A stretch of DNA of 64,000 bases, taken from assembly GCA_002010065.2 (NCBI GenBank), contig MTMD02000011.1, positions 3,910 through 67,909 on the forward strand. The letters run 5' to 3'. The stretch's first letter is position 1. Every line of letters starts with the position of its first letter. The position numbers and the translations under genes were made by a program. The stretch is from Candidatus Pyrohabitans jungbluthii (GTDB lineage: Archaea; Hydrothermarchaeota; Hydrothermarchaeia; Hydrothermarchaeales; BMS3B). Shown here one piece after another: positions 22,055 through 31,999 of this stretch. The notes beneath the pieces are model-generated. The model had not been told where the DNA came from. It saw nothing but the letters and a program-made list of their open reading frames with translations, and searched no databases.

Positions 22055-22232
22055 GGTTAAATTATAAATTAGGTTCGGTATTTATAGGTTTCAGCTTCGC
22101 GGTTTTGGGTGTTCCAAAAGGAACCTCTTTTCTGAACAAAAGTGTAAAATTTACTGATGTCACGTTTCAATTATTAAACGTTATAAAGGGGGTTTGGCCT
22201 GAGACTCTATATTACTTTGCCTGAGTGGTAGT

Positions 22233-22655
22233 ATGGTTAAAATCAGAAAAAATAAGAAAGGAGATAAATATATAATAATAGAAAAGGAAAAAAATGGACT
22301 TCATATATCTGTTCATAAAAGCGGTCATGTTCACGTAAAAAGTGACAAACTAGGCATTCATTCCGATGTAAAAAGCGAAACTGTCAGAAAATTCTTATTA
22401 CATCCACAGACAGAACCGCTAATATTAGACCACACCCTAAAAACGACACCGTGTGATAAGTATCCAGAGTGTATCTGTGTCCATTTGGAGATGAATCCCC
22501 AACTCATTGAAAGTGGAGAATATGGGAAACTGTGTATAAAACTAAAAAAATTGATTGGTGGGGGCCCATGTCCAGAATATGGTGGCACATTTTGTATGTG
22601 GGCAGGATTTTGCCGTCGTGGCATTGACCCAACACCATATGTTAAGATGCTATGA
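22233..22655 (+). CDS. Hypothetical His/Cys-rich protein, AT-rich
   Basis: 140-aa ATG ORF with His cluster (HISVHKSGHVH) and Cys-rich C-terminal half; composition unlike the core genes. Confidence 0.55.
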   Translation: MVKIRKNKKGDKYIIIEKEKNGLHISVHKSGHVHVKSDKLGIHSDVKSETVRKFLLHPQTEPLILDHTLKTTPCDKYPECICVHLEMNPQLIESGEYGKLCIKLKKLIGGGPCPEYGGTFCMWAGFCRRGIDPTPYVKML

Positions 22656-22795
22656 TCTATCTATATACATACCTGACGGTCAACATTCACTTTCTTTTTA
22701 TTCTCCTCCGTCCCGGTGGTTTTGTTGCTGGCAGCCTAAGATCTTATGGAGTACTCGTGCACAATCCTACAAAGGCAACGGAAAAAGAAGGTGAG

Positions 22796-22870
22796 CGGGC
22801 CCGGGGGGATTTGAACCCCCGATCTACAGCTTAGGAGGCTGCCGCCTTGTCCAGGCTAGGCTACGAGCCC
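22796..22870 (-). tRNA. tRNA-Arg(CCU)
   Basis: Reverse strand GGGCTCG...GCAGC-CTCCTAA-GCTGT...GTTCAAATC...CGGGCCCG. Confidence 0.95.
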
Positions 22871-22947
22871 TACTCGCGAAGGGTGATGTTCCCGTTTTTA
22901 AGAATATCTAAAGATACCTTTTTATTCATGTCCGCAGATTTTTTTTC

Positions 22948-23859
22948 ATGACAAAGCTTGAGCTTAACGGCATAGAGGTTGAGGACACATACTGCGAGGC
23001 CTTCGACGGGCTCTTTGTGAGGATGATAATCACCGCGAAGAATGAGCGCTACCTTCGCCGCGCCGCCTTCGGCGCAACCTGCCTCCCAAGCACTGTGGTT
23101 GGAAGGACTGAGGGTGGAGTCGAGGCGTGGCTAAGTGAATCTGAGACACCAGACCAGCGAATAGGCGCTGTTGTGCAGGTGTGGGGCAACGCTGGCGGGA
23201 AAAGCGCTCTGGAAAAGTTTGAGTATGAGCTTTCCCTGCGCATTCGCCAGGGTGTGCTTGTGGTGCCCACAACGCGGATTTTCAACGCGTGGGAAGGTGA
23301 GGAGTTTATAGACACAATGCGTCGCGTTGGTCACTGTGGCGACGGCTACGAATGGGTGGAGACGCGCTTCGGCAGGGAGATGATTAATGTGCCCCTCATG
23401 ATGGGGGAGTGGCTGATTGAGCGCAGGCTTGGCGTTGGTAAGGGCGTCGCTGGCGGCAACGTGTGGTTCTTCGCAACCAGTGAGGACGCCGCGCTGGAAG
23501 CGGGAGAACGCGCCGTCGAAGCCGTTGCCAGCGTGGAGGGTGCCGTCACAACCTTCGATGTCTGCAGCGCAGGCTCCAAGGTGGAGACGAACTACCCTGA
23601 AATTGGTCCCACGACGAATCACCCCTACTGCCCCACGCTGCGCGGCAGGATTCCCGACTCCCGCGTACCCGAGGGCGTGGTCTCAATACCCGAGGTGGTT
23701 ATAAACGGCATTAATCTTGAGGCTGTAGAGCGAGCGATGCTGGCGGCGATGAAGGCGGGGAGTGAGGTTGAGGGCATAGTAAAGATAAGTGCCGGCAACT
23801 ACGGCGGGAAGCTGGGGAAGCACAAGATTTACCTGAGGGAGCTTCTGAAAAAGCGGTAG
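22948..23859 (+). CDS. ftr: Formylmethanofuran:tetrahydromethanopterin formyltransferase family protein
   Basis: NGIEVEDTYCEAF, ETPD, GVAGGN, TTNHPYCPTL, EVVINGI, ISAGNYGGKLG. Confidence 0.88.
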   Translation: MTKLELNGIEVEDTYCEAFDGLFVRMIITAKNERYLRRAAFGATCLPSTVVGRTEGGVEAWLSESETPDQRIGAVVQVWGNAGGKSALEKFEYELSLRIRQGVLVVPTTRIFNAWEGEEFIDTMRRVGHCGDGYEWVETRFGREMINVPLMMGEWLIERRLGVGKGVAGGNVWFFATSEDAALEAGERAVEAVASVEGAVTTFDVCSAGSKVETNYPEIGPTTNHPYCPTLRGRIPDSRVPEGVVSIPEVVINGINLEAVERAMLAAMKAGSEVEGIVKISAGNYGGKLGKHKIYLRELLKKR

Positions 23860-23914
23860 TCACCAGGCTTTACCCGCCGCTAAGACACCTTTCGCTCTCA
23901 ATAGGCACATGCAG

Positions 23915-24142
23915 CTATTCTTTCCCTCCAATCCTGTAGTACTTCCAGGTTTTAACCAGTATATATCCCATAATACCAAAAAAATTAAAGGTAAACATCG
24001 TCATAATCCAGAAGGTTTTTTCAAGGTCGGAGATGTCCCTCCTTCTAACAGCGTCGTGCACATAGAAGGCGAGCAGAAGAAAGTAAAGAAGAGTTAGAGA
24101 AAATAAGACAAATTCTGAGGCACCCAATACCACCCTGCTCAC
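23915..24142 (-). CDS. Small 2-TM protein (PLDc N-terminal-like)
   Basis: TM-DAVRRRD...EKTFW-TM-G..GY pattern. Confidence 0.55.
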   Translation of the reverse strand: MSRVVLGASEFVLFSLTLLYFLLLAFYVHDAVRRRDISDLEKTFWIMTMFTFNFFGIMGYILVKTWKYYRIGGKE

Positions 24143-24241
24143 CCCTTTAACCTCTAAGCGTAAATCCTATAAAAACTTAGTGTGGAGTACATTCTGGTTA
24201 GTTGCTCAACGATTTTATATCTACCCTCATATATAGTACCG

Positions 24242-24682
24242 ATGTGGAAGGCGGAGGCGCTGAAGATGATGCAGGAGGAGAGAGAAGGGCCAGCTCTGGT
24301 GATTATTTTATCTCTGATCTACATAATACTTTCCTATGCGATTTCTAAAAGTTTAGGTGGTGGCTTGATGGAATTTATTGCTCTCCTGCTTCTTCTCATC
24401 CCAGTCCCAGGCGTGGCTGCCTTCCTATACGGTATGCGGAAAGGCAGCAGCCTTGGTTCATTCCTGGTGGGTTTCGTGCCGGTCTTTATATTCTTCATGT
24501 CAGGTGCACTTTTTGGAGGGTTTGAGCGTGTTCCCCTCTTTTCCGGACTATTTCTGGGGATTTGCTCCGGTGTGGTGGGCTACAGCGGAGCGGTAAAAAA
24601 GAGAGGGGAGAGGGACTGGATTGTTTTTGCACTCATCGCCGTGTTGCTTTGGATATTTGTGATGCTGGGCGGCATGCTGTGA
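24242..24682 (+). CDS. Hypothetical multi-pass membrane protein
   Basis: About 5 hydrophobic segments; start uncertain. Confidence 0.6.
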   Translation: MWKAEALKMMQEEREGPALVIILSLIYIILSYAISKSLGGGLMEFIALLLLLIPVPGVAAFLYGMRKGSSLGSFLVGFVPVFIFFMSGALFGGFERVPLFSGLFLGICSGVVGYSGAVKKRGERDWIVFALIAVLLWIFVMLGGML

Positions 24683-24722
24683 TAAAATCTTAACTCCAGC
24701 GCGGGAGTTTAATCCGAAGACG

Positions 24723-25964
24723 TTATATGCACAGCACCAGCGGCTTGGCTAGGTGGCGCATCGCTATGGGCGGCACAGAGTAAAGCTTCTCTTCGATGCT
24801 TCTCTCCAGCTTTTCCCTCACCTTTTCTTTAGCCTTTGTCTTGCACCGCCTGCAACGATAGCCCTGACCTCTGCCGGCGCTCTCCATGCGCTTTCCGCAC
24901 CTCTCGCAGCGAGGGTTGGCTAGTCTCTCTCTCTTGAGCTTGAGCACCTCAAGCTTTTCAAGATTTATCGTCTTACTCTCGTCCACGCCCCCGTATACCT
25001 TCACTCTGTCGCCCGGAATTAAGGCGCGCACCACGTTGCGAAATTGCTTCGTGGGCTCGTAGGCGGCGCAGGTAATCTCCTCGCCATAGGCATCGCGAAG
25101 CTGGAAGAAGACGTGCCCACCCGGTATTACTCTTGGCACAGAAGCAACCTCACCGGTGAGGATAACTGAGGAGAAGGGTTCAACCTCTGCCACGCGGGAG
25201 ACTTCCTGGAGATGCGCGTCGGTGCCCTGGTTAGTTTTGTAAATAACGCTCAGCGCAATCTCTTCGCCGGGCAGTACCATCTTCGCCGCCTCTTCCACAA
25301 CCTGCGCGCTAACCCCGCGAATGCCGAAGAGCACTGGGCAGGGCGTGTGTGGAGCGATAAGCATGCGACGCTCGCGGTAATCGAAGTTGTTGAAGGTGAG
25401 GGGGAAGGTAAGGGCGTCCATCTTGAGCACAGAATCAACGTCGAGGTTACGAGGTGTACCCCAGCGCTGGCGCGTGCGGTAGGCGATGTACTCGTAGGTG
25501 GCCTGGGTTAGCTCGGCGCCTATCGCCGCGAGGGCACCTACAATACCTCGACCTAGCTTGTACTTGACATATTCAGCACCGTATGCCTCGAGAAGCTTCT
25601 CTGCTTCGTCAATCTCAACAACGCTGTGTAGGGCGCGGTGATAAAATTCATTAAACTCCTTCGGGGGTTTGCCCTCGTAAAACACTATGCCTGGGTTTGT
25701 GTTCGCATCGTCAAAAACTGCGAATTCCTCAACCGTTCGTTTTGCGATGCGCTTTGCTTCCTCGACCTTCTTCGTTCTAACCGTGAGCGCCACCGCAGCG
25801 TTGCCTCGGGTTTTGTATTTGATGTTTGGGTTGAGACGCACCAGCTTGGCTTCTTCAACCTCACCAACCTTGGCCAGACGCTTGATGAGCAGGGCACCTA
25901 TATAGGTGGTGCACATTCCATGCTTAGCCGAATCTGTGTCGTCAATGCCTATGTGGAGGAGCAT
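24723..25964 (-). CDS. tiaS: tRNA(Ile2) agmatinylcytidine synthase
   Basis: IGIDDTDS..GMCTTY, RLNPNIKYKTRGN, PCPVLFGIRG, TNQGTD, C-terminal Zn ribbon. Confidence 0.95.
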   Translation of the reverse strand: MLLHIGIDDTDSAKHGMCTTYIGALLIKRLAKVGEVEEAKLVRLNPNIKYKTRGNAAVALTVRTKKVEEAKRIAKRTVEEFAVFDDANTNPGIVFYEGKPPKEFNEFYHRALHSVVEIDEAEKLLEAYGAEYVKYKLGRGIVGALAAIGAELTQATYEYIAYRTRQRWGTPRNLDVDSVLKMDALTFPLTFNNFDYRERRMLIAPHTPCPVLFGIRGVSAQVVEEAAKMVLPGEEIALSVIYKTNQGTDAHLQEVSRVAEVEPFSSVILTGEVASVPRVIPGGHVFFQLRDAYGEEITCAAYEPTKQFRNVVRALIPGDRVKVYGGVDESKTINLEKLEVLKLKRERLANPRCERCGKRMESAGRGQGYRCRRCKTKAKEKVREKLERSIEEKLYSVPPIAMRHLAKPLVLCI

Positions 25965-26027
25965 GTCCTATTCACAGCAAGATAACGGGGGTAAGCGATT
26001 TATAGGAGAAAGAATAAAAGAGATGCG

Positions 26028-26972
26028 GTGAAAATGCAGGAGAGGCTGAATTTATTCCTCAGGGTGCTGGAAATTTTTGAGAATCGTGGCTATGAGATTT
26101 CTGAGGCGTGCGTGTTGAGCAACTCCTGCTTTGACTTTTTTGCTCGCAAAGGGGAGCAACTCCTTCTTGTAAAGGTGCTGAGGAACATAGACAGCCTGAC
26201 AGAGACGCAGGCTGAGGACATAACCAAAGTTGCAGCTACGCTGGGCGCCGCCCCTGTGATTGTGGGTGAGAGGAAGACGGCTGAAGCCCTGCATGAAGGC
26301 GTGGTGTATCTGAGGCATGGCTTAGCCTGCATCAGCGAGGAGACGCTGGAAAATGCCTTGGATAGCGAGTATCCGGCGTTGTTATGCTATCGAGGCGGGT
26401 ATTATGCCAGCATCGACGGCGCGCTATTGAGAAACCTGAGGCAGGCTCACAAGCTGAGCAGGCCTGCTCTGGCGAAGCTCGTCGGGGTCTCGCCGAAGGC
26501 TATTTACAAGTACGAAGAGGGCGAAGCCAGCGCCACCTTTGAAACAGCGCTGAAGCTTGAGGATATTTTCGGCACCCCGCTGGTAAAGCCTCTCAACATC
26601 TTTCGCGTGCCTGAGATGAAGGTTCATGCTACGCCGTCAGCAAGCTTAGCCACGCTTCGCAGCCTGGGCTTCGACGTGCTCCCCGTCAAGAAGGCACCTT
26701 TTTCAGCGCTTACGAAGGGCGAGGGTGAGGTGCTTTTAACAAAGGTTGCGAGGTGCTGCACCCGGGAAGTGGTGGAGAGAGCGAAGCTGCTTCGGAGCAT
26801 CTCCGCCACGGTTAAGCGTGAAGCATTTATTCTGCTCGATTCTGGTAGAGCTAAAAATATCGCTGGCGTAGCCACGGTTACTAAGCGGGAAGTTGAAGAG
26901 ATGGAGGATCCGCGCCACCTGCTGGAGCTTATCGAGGAAAGGGCTACGCAAGACCGAGATGCTGGCGGATAA
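26028..26972 (+). CDS. Archaeal HTH (Cro/XRE) transcriptional regulator, COG1395-like
   Basis: CFDFFAR..LLVKVLRNID, central HTH LAKLVGVSPKAIYKYEEG; divergent from tiaS. Confidence 0.85.
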   Translation: MKMQERLNLFLRVLEIFENRGYEISEACVLSNSCFDFFARKGEQLLLVKVLRNIDSLTETQAEDITKVAATLGAAPVIVGERKTAEALHEGVVYLRHGLACISEETLENALDSEYPALLCYRGGYYASIDGALLRNLRQAHKLSRPALAKLVGVSPKAIYKYEEGEASATFETALKLEDIFGTPLVKPLNIFRVPEMKVHATPSASLATLRSLGFDVLPVKKAPFSALTKGEGEVLLTKVARCCTREVVERAKLLRSISATVKREAFILLDSGRAKNIAGVATVTKREVEEMEDPRHLLELIEERATQDRDAGG

Positions 26973-27969
26973 GCGCCTTGTCCTCCTCGTTGGGGAGGAA
27001 GGGGAAGTTTCTGAGCACCTCGCTGGGGCGCTCATTGCCGTATGGACGGTTGCACGCAACCTCGCCGTCTCTACCTCTGCACCCGGAGGTCATGAAGGCC
27101 TTACCCTCTTCTATAACCTCTTCCAGCACCTCTCGGCTTACTCCAAAATCCACAACCTCGCCTCTGGTAGAGAAGCGCATATCCTCGTATCGCGCCAGGT
27201 TGCGGTGGATTAAATATCGCGCAAGCTGCACTCTGCGGTACTGCTCAACACTCGGACGCTCGTGCTCCTGCATCGGCGAGCCCGCCTCAGGATAAAAAGC
27301 GAAGAGGTGAGCCTCAGCTCCCGCGTCGTAAGCGCGCTGTATTGTTGCGAGCATCTCCCGCTCGCTTTCGCCGAGTCCAACTATCAGATGAACGCTAACG
27401 TTGTATCTGCCAAAGCTCTCCACAGCCCAGTCCACAACGCGCCAGTAGTGGTCCCACCTGTGAGGTCCACCCATCCCACGCCCACGAAGTGCGTCGAAGA
27501 GCTCCGGCGTTGCGCAGTCCACAGCTATGCCACACATATCTGCGCCCGCCCGCTTCAGCTCAGCTACCATCTCTCTGCTCTTCATGAGCGTAGGCGAGAT
27601 AAGCGTGGATATAGCGAGGGGCGTCTCCTCGTGGAAGCGCCTCACTAAGGTGAGGGTGTCCTCATACGCCCGGCGATGGGTTATCATTGAGATGCACACC
27701 CTCTCAAGGGAAGAGCCGTACATATTTACCCGGGCGATTATCTCGTCCGTGGCGAAGACTGGCCAGTCTACGCGGATGAATGTTTTGCTGCTGACTGGCA
27801 CACGCTTGCTGCTCAAACCACAGTAGGCACAGCTTGCCTTGCATCCATCGCTATAGGTGAGGAGGAGGTTCAGAGCCTTGAGCTTGGCGCCACGATAAAA
27901 CCTGCCCGGGAACAGCTTAAGCGTCATCGCCGCCGCCGTGGAGGTCTGCACATACTCAGGGCTCTCCAC
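26944..27969 (-). CDS. lipS2: Radical SAM lipoyl synthase subunit LipS2
   Basis: CKASCAYC and C-terminal TSGC...CNRP motif; next to GcvH and ligase. Confidence 0.8.
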   Translation of the reverse strand: MESPEYVQTSTAAAMTLKLFPGRFYRGAKLKALNLLLTYSDGCKASCAYCGLSSKRVPVSSKTFIRVDWPVFATDEIIARVNMYGSSLERVCISMITHRRAYEDTLTLVRRFHEETPLAISTLISPTLMKSREMVAELKRAGADMCGIAVDCATPELFDALRGRGMGGPHRWDHYWRVVDWAVESFGRYNVSVHLIVGLGESEREMLATIQRAYDAGAEAHLFAFYPEAGSPMQEHERPSVEQYRRVQLARYLIHRNLARYEDMRFSTRGEVVDFGVSREVLEEVIEEGKAFMTSGCRGRDGEVACNRPYGNERPSEVLRNFPFLPNEEDKALIRQHLGLA

Positions 27970-28421
27970 TACTCTTCCTCCAGCCTTGCTATCTCTTCCT
28001 CAATCCAGGCAGTGAGCTTCTCCCTGTCGCTGAGCAGGTCCTCTTGCTTCAGCTCGTCCTCGCTGGCAAGCTTTACCCTTACTATCCACGCCTCGTAGGG
28101 CGACTCATTTATAAGCCTAGGGTTTTCTATTACCTCCTGGTTAATCTCCAGGATTTCCCCACTTACAGGCGAATAAAGCTTGCTCACAAACTTGGCTGAC
28201 TCCACATTTGCAAAAGCTTCGCCCTTCTCAAGCTTCTCCGCGGTTATTGAAAGGTAGTTGAGATAACCAGCGCTCTCCGCAAGGAAGGCGTCTATCCCAA
28301 TAAGCGCAGTCTCACCTTCCCGCTTCACCCACAGGTGGGCATTTCTCCCTTTGTAGTAAAGCCTGTCCAGAGGAAATTCATACTCCTTAACCTTCAAAAC
28401 CTGCTCTGCCTTGAGTTCCAT
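27969..28421 (-). CDS. gcvH: GcvH-like lipoyl carrier protein
   Basis: HLWVK, VESAK lipoyl-Lys, SPVSGEI, INESPYEAW. Confidence 0.85.
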   Translation of the reverse strand: MELKAEQVLKVKEYEFPLDRLYYKGRNAHLWVKREGETALIGIDAFLAESAGYLNYLSITAEKLEKGEAFANVESAKFVSKLYSPVSGEILEINQEVIENPRLINESPYEAWIVRVKLASEDELKQEDLLSDREKLTAWIEEEIARLEEE

Positions 28422-29426
28422 TCAGTTACCTCCTGCAATAACCCTGGCTGCCTCTTCCACGCTGGGGCTATATTCTAAGGACTCCCTCAGGATATTTAAG
28501 ATTTTCTCGTAGCTCGCGCTTTCTCCGGTGAGGCTCTCCTCAAGCTTGCTCATTCGTGCGCCATTTATCGTGGCTCTTACCCAAGCTAGCTCGCCCTCTC
28601 TGCGCTCTGCGATTATCTCCACCTCACCCACGGGAGCGAAAACCAGGTAGCAGCCTTCGGCAATTTTAAGCTCTCTACCATTTACTCCCCTTCCCGGCAT
28701 GTTCAGCCACTCCGGCGAGAGATACTTCTTCTCCAGGCGGCGCATCTCCCGCTCTATCTCAGGCGTAAGTTCAGCCTTCTCAAGGCTTCCGAAAAGACTC
28801 TCAAAATTTTCAATGAGAATGCGCTTCACTTCGCTGGCTGAGAAGCTTCCAAGCTGCTCCCTAAGCGTGGTGAGCCTCTCCTCCATGAGTTCTTTCGCAC
28901 GGGCTCTGAAAACCTCATTGGGCAGACGCAGCACTCGCGCCATGAGCTCGCGGTTGAAGTCGAAGAGGATACTGCCGCTCAGCACCTTGCACTCGCCGAT
29001 TAAACCAGCGCCGTTGCCTGAGATTTTTCTCTCCCCGACCACGAGATCGTTCGCAGGCTTGTAGCGTGCCTCTAAGCCGAGCTCTTTATACGTTGCAATT
29101 ACTGGGGCTAAAAACTTCCTGTAGAAAGAGTCGGTTTTAACCGGCGTGTGGGCGCTGTCCCTGTGAACAATAACATGGTAGAAAAGCTGCTCGCTATCGA
29201 GGAGAACTATGCCACCACCTATCTCGCGCCTGAAGTAGGGTATCCCATGGCTGCGCATGTATTCCAGGTCAAGCTCCTGCGGGGTGTTGAACAGCCCCAG
29301 GGAGACGTAGCACTCGCGCGTGCGCTGCACCACGAGGGCTTCGATTCCCAGCTTAGCGAGAGCGTGATACACAAGCTGTGTGTCCTTCCAGGGCATAAAA
29401 CCAAGGTCAAAGAGTTTAACCGCCAT
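28422..29426 (-). CDS. Lipoate:protein ligase / octanoyltransferase (LplA family)
   Basis: RREIGGG.V.LD, PANDL...RKISGNG. Confidence 0.87.
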   Translation of the reverse strand: MAVKLFDLGFMPWKDTQLVYHALAKLGIEALVVQRTRECYVSLGLFNTPQELDLEYMRSHGIPYFRREIGGGIVLLDSEQLFYHVIVHRDSAHTPVKTDSFYRKFLAPVIATYKELGLEARYKPANDLVVGERKISGNGAGLIGECKVLSGSILFDFNRELMARVLRLPNEVFRARAKELMEERLTTLREQLGSFSASEVKRILIENFESLFGSLEKAELTPEIEREMRRLEKKYLSPEWLNMPGRGVNGRELKIAEGCYLVFAPVGEVEIIAERREGELAWVRATINGARMSKLEESLTGESASYEKILNILRESLEYSPSVEEAARVIAGGN

Positions 29427-29429
29427 CGC

Positions 29430-30389
29430 CTACACCAGTGTACAGCACAGCTCTGAGAATCTCAGCTCAAGTCCGCGCTCCTCAGCGTAGCTTAGCGCCT
29501 CCTCGCTGGGGTATGCGATGGTGTTAACACCAGCGTCTATTGCGAGAGTCTCAATCTCAGCTTTTGCTTTAGCAGGCTTTGCACATCCCAGGTTCAGCTT
29601 TGCGCGCGGATTTAAAATTCTCGCAATTGCTATTAGCCTGGCAATCTCTCGAGGTGGAGGTGGAGCCACGCCTTCGAAGGGTGTTCCATAGAGCGGTGAG
29701 AGCACCACTATAACGATAACCTCAGCATTCGCTTCTGTTATCATGCGAAGCGCCTCATACTCGCCGCGAATCTCTCCGCGATGCAAGCCAACGACGATGT
29801 GCGGCGCTATGCTGAGCCCTTCTCGCTTCAAATGCTCAAGGGCTCTGGAGTAGTCCGCTGGCTTTTTGTTTAGATGGTAAACCTCGGTTATCGTGGCTGA
29901 GTCGCCTATAATGTCGAGGAGCACCTGCTCCACGCCAGCGCGCTTCAGAGAGAGAGCGTCTTCTTCACCAACCAAACCAGAGTGCACAATCACCTTAAGC
30001 CCCATCTCTCTGAGTTTTTTCATTGCCTGTGCAAAGCGGCGCAGAGGTACGCGCCCTTCGCTATCCGCACCGCCACTTATCAGCATGCCCTCACATCCCT
30101 GCTCAATGAGCCTCTTTCCTAGGATTAGGAGTTCTTCAGGGCTTGTCACGTGGTGCATGCTCTCCAGGAGCTTTCCCTGACAGTGCTCGCACTTTAGCGC
30201 ACATGCGCTGCCTGTGATGCTCACATTCACAAATCTGCGGGGAGAGTTTTTAAAGCTGGCAATTTCATAACGCTTTGCGCTTGGTGCAGAGACGTAGAGC
30301 ACATCCTCAAAATTATCCTGTCTCAGCTGCCATGCCCTTTGCAAAAGCTCATCAAGGGGCTTTTCCCTGAGCTCTTCCAAAGCGATCAT
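29430..30389 (-). CDS. lipS1: Radical SAM lipoyl synthase subunit LipS1
   Basis: CALKCEHC, LGCAK and terminal CC motifs. Confidence 0.8.
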   Translation of the reverse strand: MIALEELREKPLDELLQRAWQLRQDNFEDVLYVSAPSAKRYEIASFKNSPRRFVNVSITGSACALKCEHCQGKLLESMHHVTSPEELLILGKRLIEQGCEGMLISGGADSEGRVPLRRFAQAMKKLREMGLKVIVHSGLVGEEDALSLKRAGVEQVLLDIIGDSATITEVYHLNKKPADYSRALEHLKREGLSIAPHIVVGLHRGEIRGEYEALRMITEANAEVIVIVVLSPLYGTPFEGVAPPPPREIARLIAIARILNPRAKLNLGCAKPAKAKAEIETLAIDAGVNTIAYPSEEALSYAEERGLELRFSELCCTLV

Positions 30390-30420
30390 CGCCAGAAGCT
30401 ATGCAGGAGTAGTTAAATAT

Positions 30421-31131
30421 TTATCGCAGCAGGTAGAGCGCAGCGCCGGCTCCGAAAATTCCGCCAGCCATGCTGGAAATGAAGTTAACCCCAGCGTTGC
30501 TGAGCAAGCCGCGGCGTTCAAAGGTGGCACCGAGGAGGCTGTCGAAGTTGAAGCCCAGAATGCCACCGACTAGCGATGAGATCAAACAAAGCGCAAGGGA
30601 GCCCATGCCCAGGGCGTAGGCTACGATGCCAATAAACAGCGCCCCCCCAATGCCTGCGAGTTCTCCGAGAAGGGTTACCCCACCGTTTGTGCCATGGGGC
30701 ACTTCCTTGAGGGTGGTTATGAGCACAGGATTTCTCCTGCTCAGCACCCCAAGCTCAGACGATAGTGTGTCTGCGGTTACTGTAGCAACACTGGCGAGGT
30801 AGCCCGCAAGAAAAAAGGTAGAAGAGCTGTCCAGATAATAAAGCCCCGCGAAGACTGTGGGAAGCGCCCCATTGGCGATCACATTAATCGCCTTTCTCCG
30901 CCCCCCATGGGGCTCAGAAACGTTGAGCTCCTTCTTGTAGGAGTATTTGTACTTCGTGGTGGCAAAGCCAAGAAAAAGAAAGCACAGCAGGAGAGTCAGC
31001 CACTTGTATCCGGCGAAAAAGTAGACAAGAATGCCCATGAGCACAGCAACGGCAGTGCCGAGGGCGTCCAGCACCCTCTTTTTGTATATCAAAACACCTA
31101 AGGCAAGGCAAATTAAAAGGGCAAGATACAT
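30421..31131 (-). CDS. DUF92 (TMEM19-like) membrane protein
   Basis: NVIANG, ADTLSSELG, GTNGGVT..G, DSLLGATFE, NAGVNF. Confidence 0.88.
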   Translation of the reverse strand: MYLALLICLALGVLIYKKRVLDALGTAVAVLMGILVYFFAGYKWLTLLLCFLFLGFATTKYKYSYKKELNVSEPHGGRRKAINVIANGALPTVFAGLYYLDSSSTFFLAGYLASVATVTADTLSSELGVLSRRNPVLITTLKEVPHGTNGGVTLLGELAGIGGALFIGIVAYALGMGSLALCLISSLVGGILGFNFDSLLGATFERRGLLSNAGVNFISSMAGGIFGAGAALYLLR

Positions 31132-31160
31132 AATTATAACCTCCGTAGCGGAGGTTTGTT

Positions 31161-31796
31161 TTACGCTTCGGCTGCAGAAGCCTCTTGCGAAACCTGCTGC
31201 ACCTGCTGCGCAGGATACTCCAGAACCTTTATCTTTCTTACCTCAACCCGCTTAAGCGGGTATATCTTGCTTGCTTCCCGGTACATGCTCGCGGAGATCT
31301 TACCAGCCACAACCTCCTGCACAAAGGTATCGAGGTCCCTCTCCTCAGCCGCAGCCTTTACCATGTCCACCAGTATTTTCCTTATGGCGCGCTCCTGCGA
31401 TGTCTGTGCTCTGCCAAAGGCAAGGGCGATGACACGAATTCTGAGCTTATGACCGTCTTTGGTTGTCACATCCACTATACCTTCGACGCGCGTACTCTTC
31501 CTGCGAATCTGGCTGCGCATGTACTCCCGTGAAAGGCTCTGGCCCTTGAAGCGCGTGTAGGCGTTGTTTCCGCGAACCTCTGTAATCTGGAACCTGAGCT
31601 TGATGTGCTGCTTTGTGAAGTCACCGGAGATGTCCTTCATTGTGGTCTCTATAACTCTCCCTATAAGCTGCTCGGGGCTGCTTGCGAGGGTTTCGCCGAC
31701 CTTTACCTCACCAAACATCTTTGGAGCTAAGATATCATACCACTTCTTTGTCTTCCAGGTATCTATCTTCCTTCTCTTTACCGCAACTCTTGCCAA
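31161..31796 (-). CDS. rps3ae: 30S ribosomal protein S3Ae (eS1)
   Basis: DTWKTKKWY..AP.MF, IGRVIETT, KIYPLKRVEVRK. Confidence 0.96.
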   Translation of the reverse strand: MARVAVKRRKIDTWKTKKWYDILAPKMFGEVKVGETLASSPEQLIGRVIETTMKDISGDFTKQHIKLRFQITEVRGNNAYTRFKGQSLSREYMRSQIRRKSTRVEGIVDVTTKDGHKLRIRVIALAFGRAQTSQERAIRKILVDMVKAAAEERDLDTFVQEVVAGKISASMYREASKIYPLKRVEVRKIKVLEYPAQQVQQVSQEASAAEA

Positions 31797-31999
31797 TAAA
31801 ATTCCTCCATCAGAGTGATTCAGATAAAAATCTCTTAAGGTCTTTACTGCCCTACCGTTAAAAAAGTTTTTGGAGAGGCTTGGTATGTTTGAGTGGTAGC
31901 CAAAGTTAAAAAACTCTCAAATGATACAAAATATATAAATAAGTGTTAAGTAAAACCCTATATATACATGCATATTATTGGATAATGGGGGTGAGGGAA

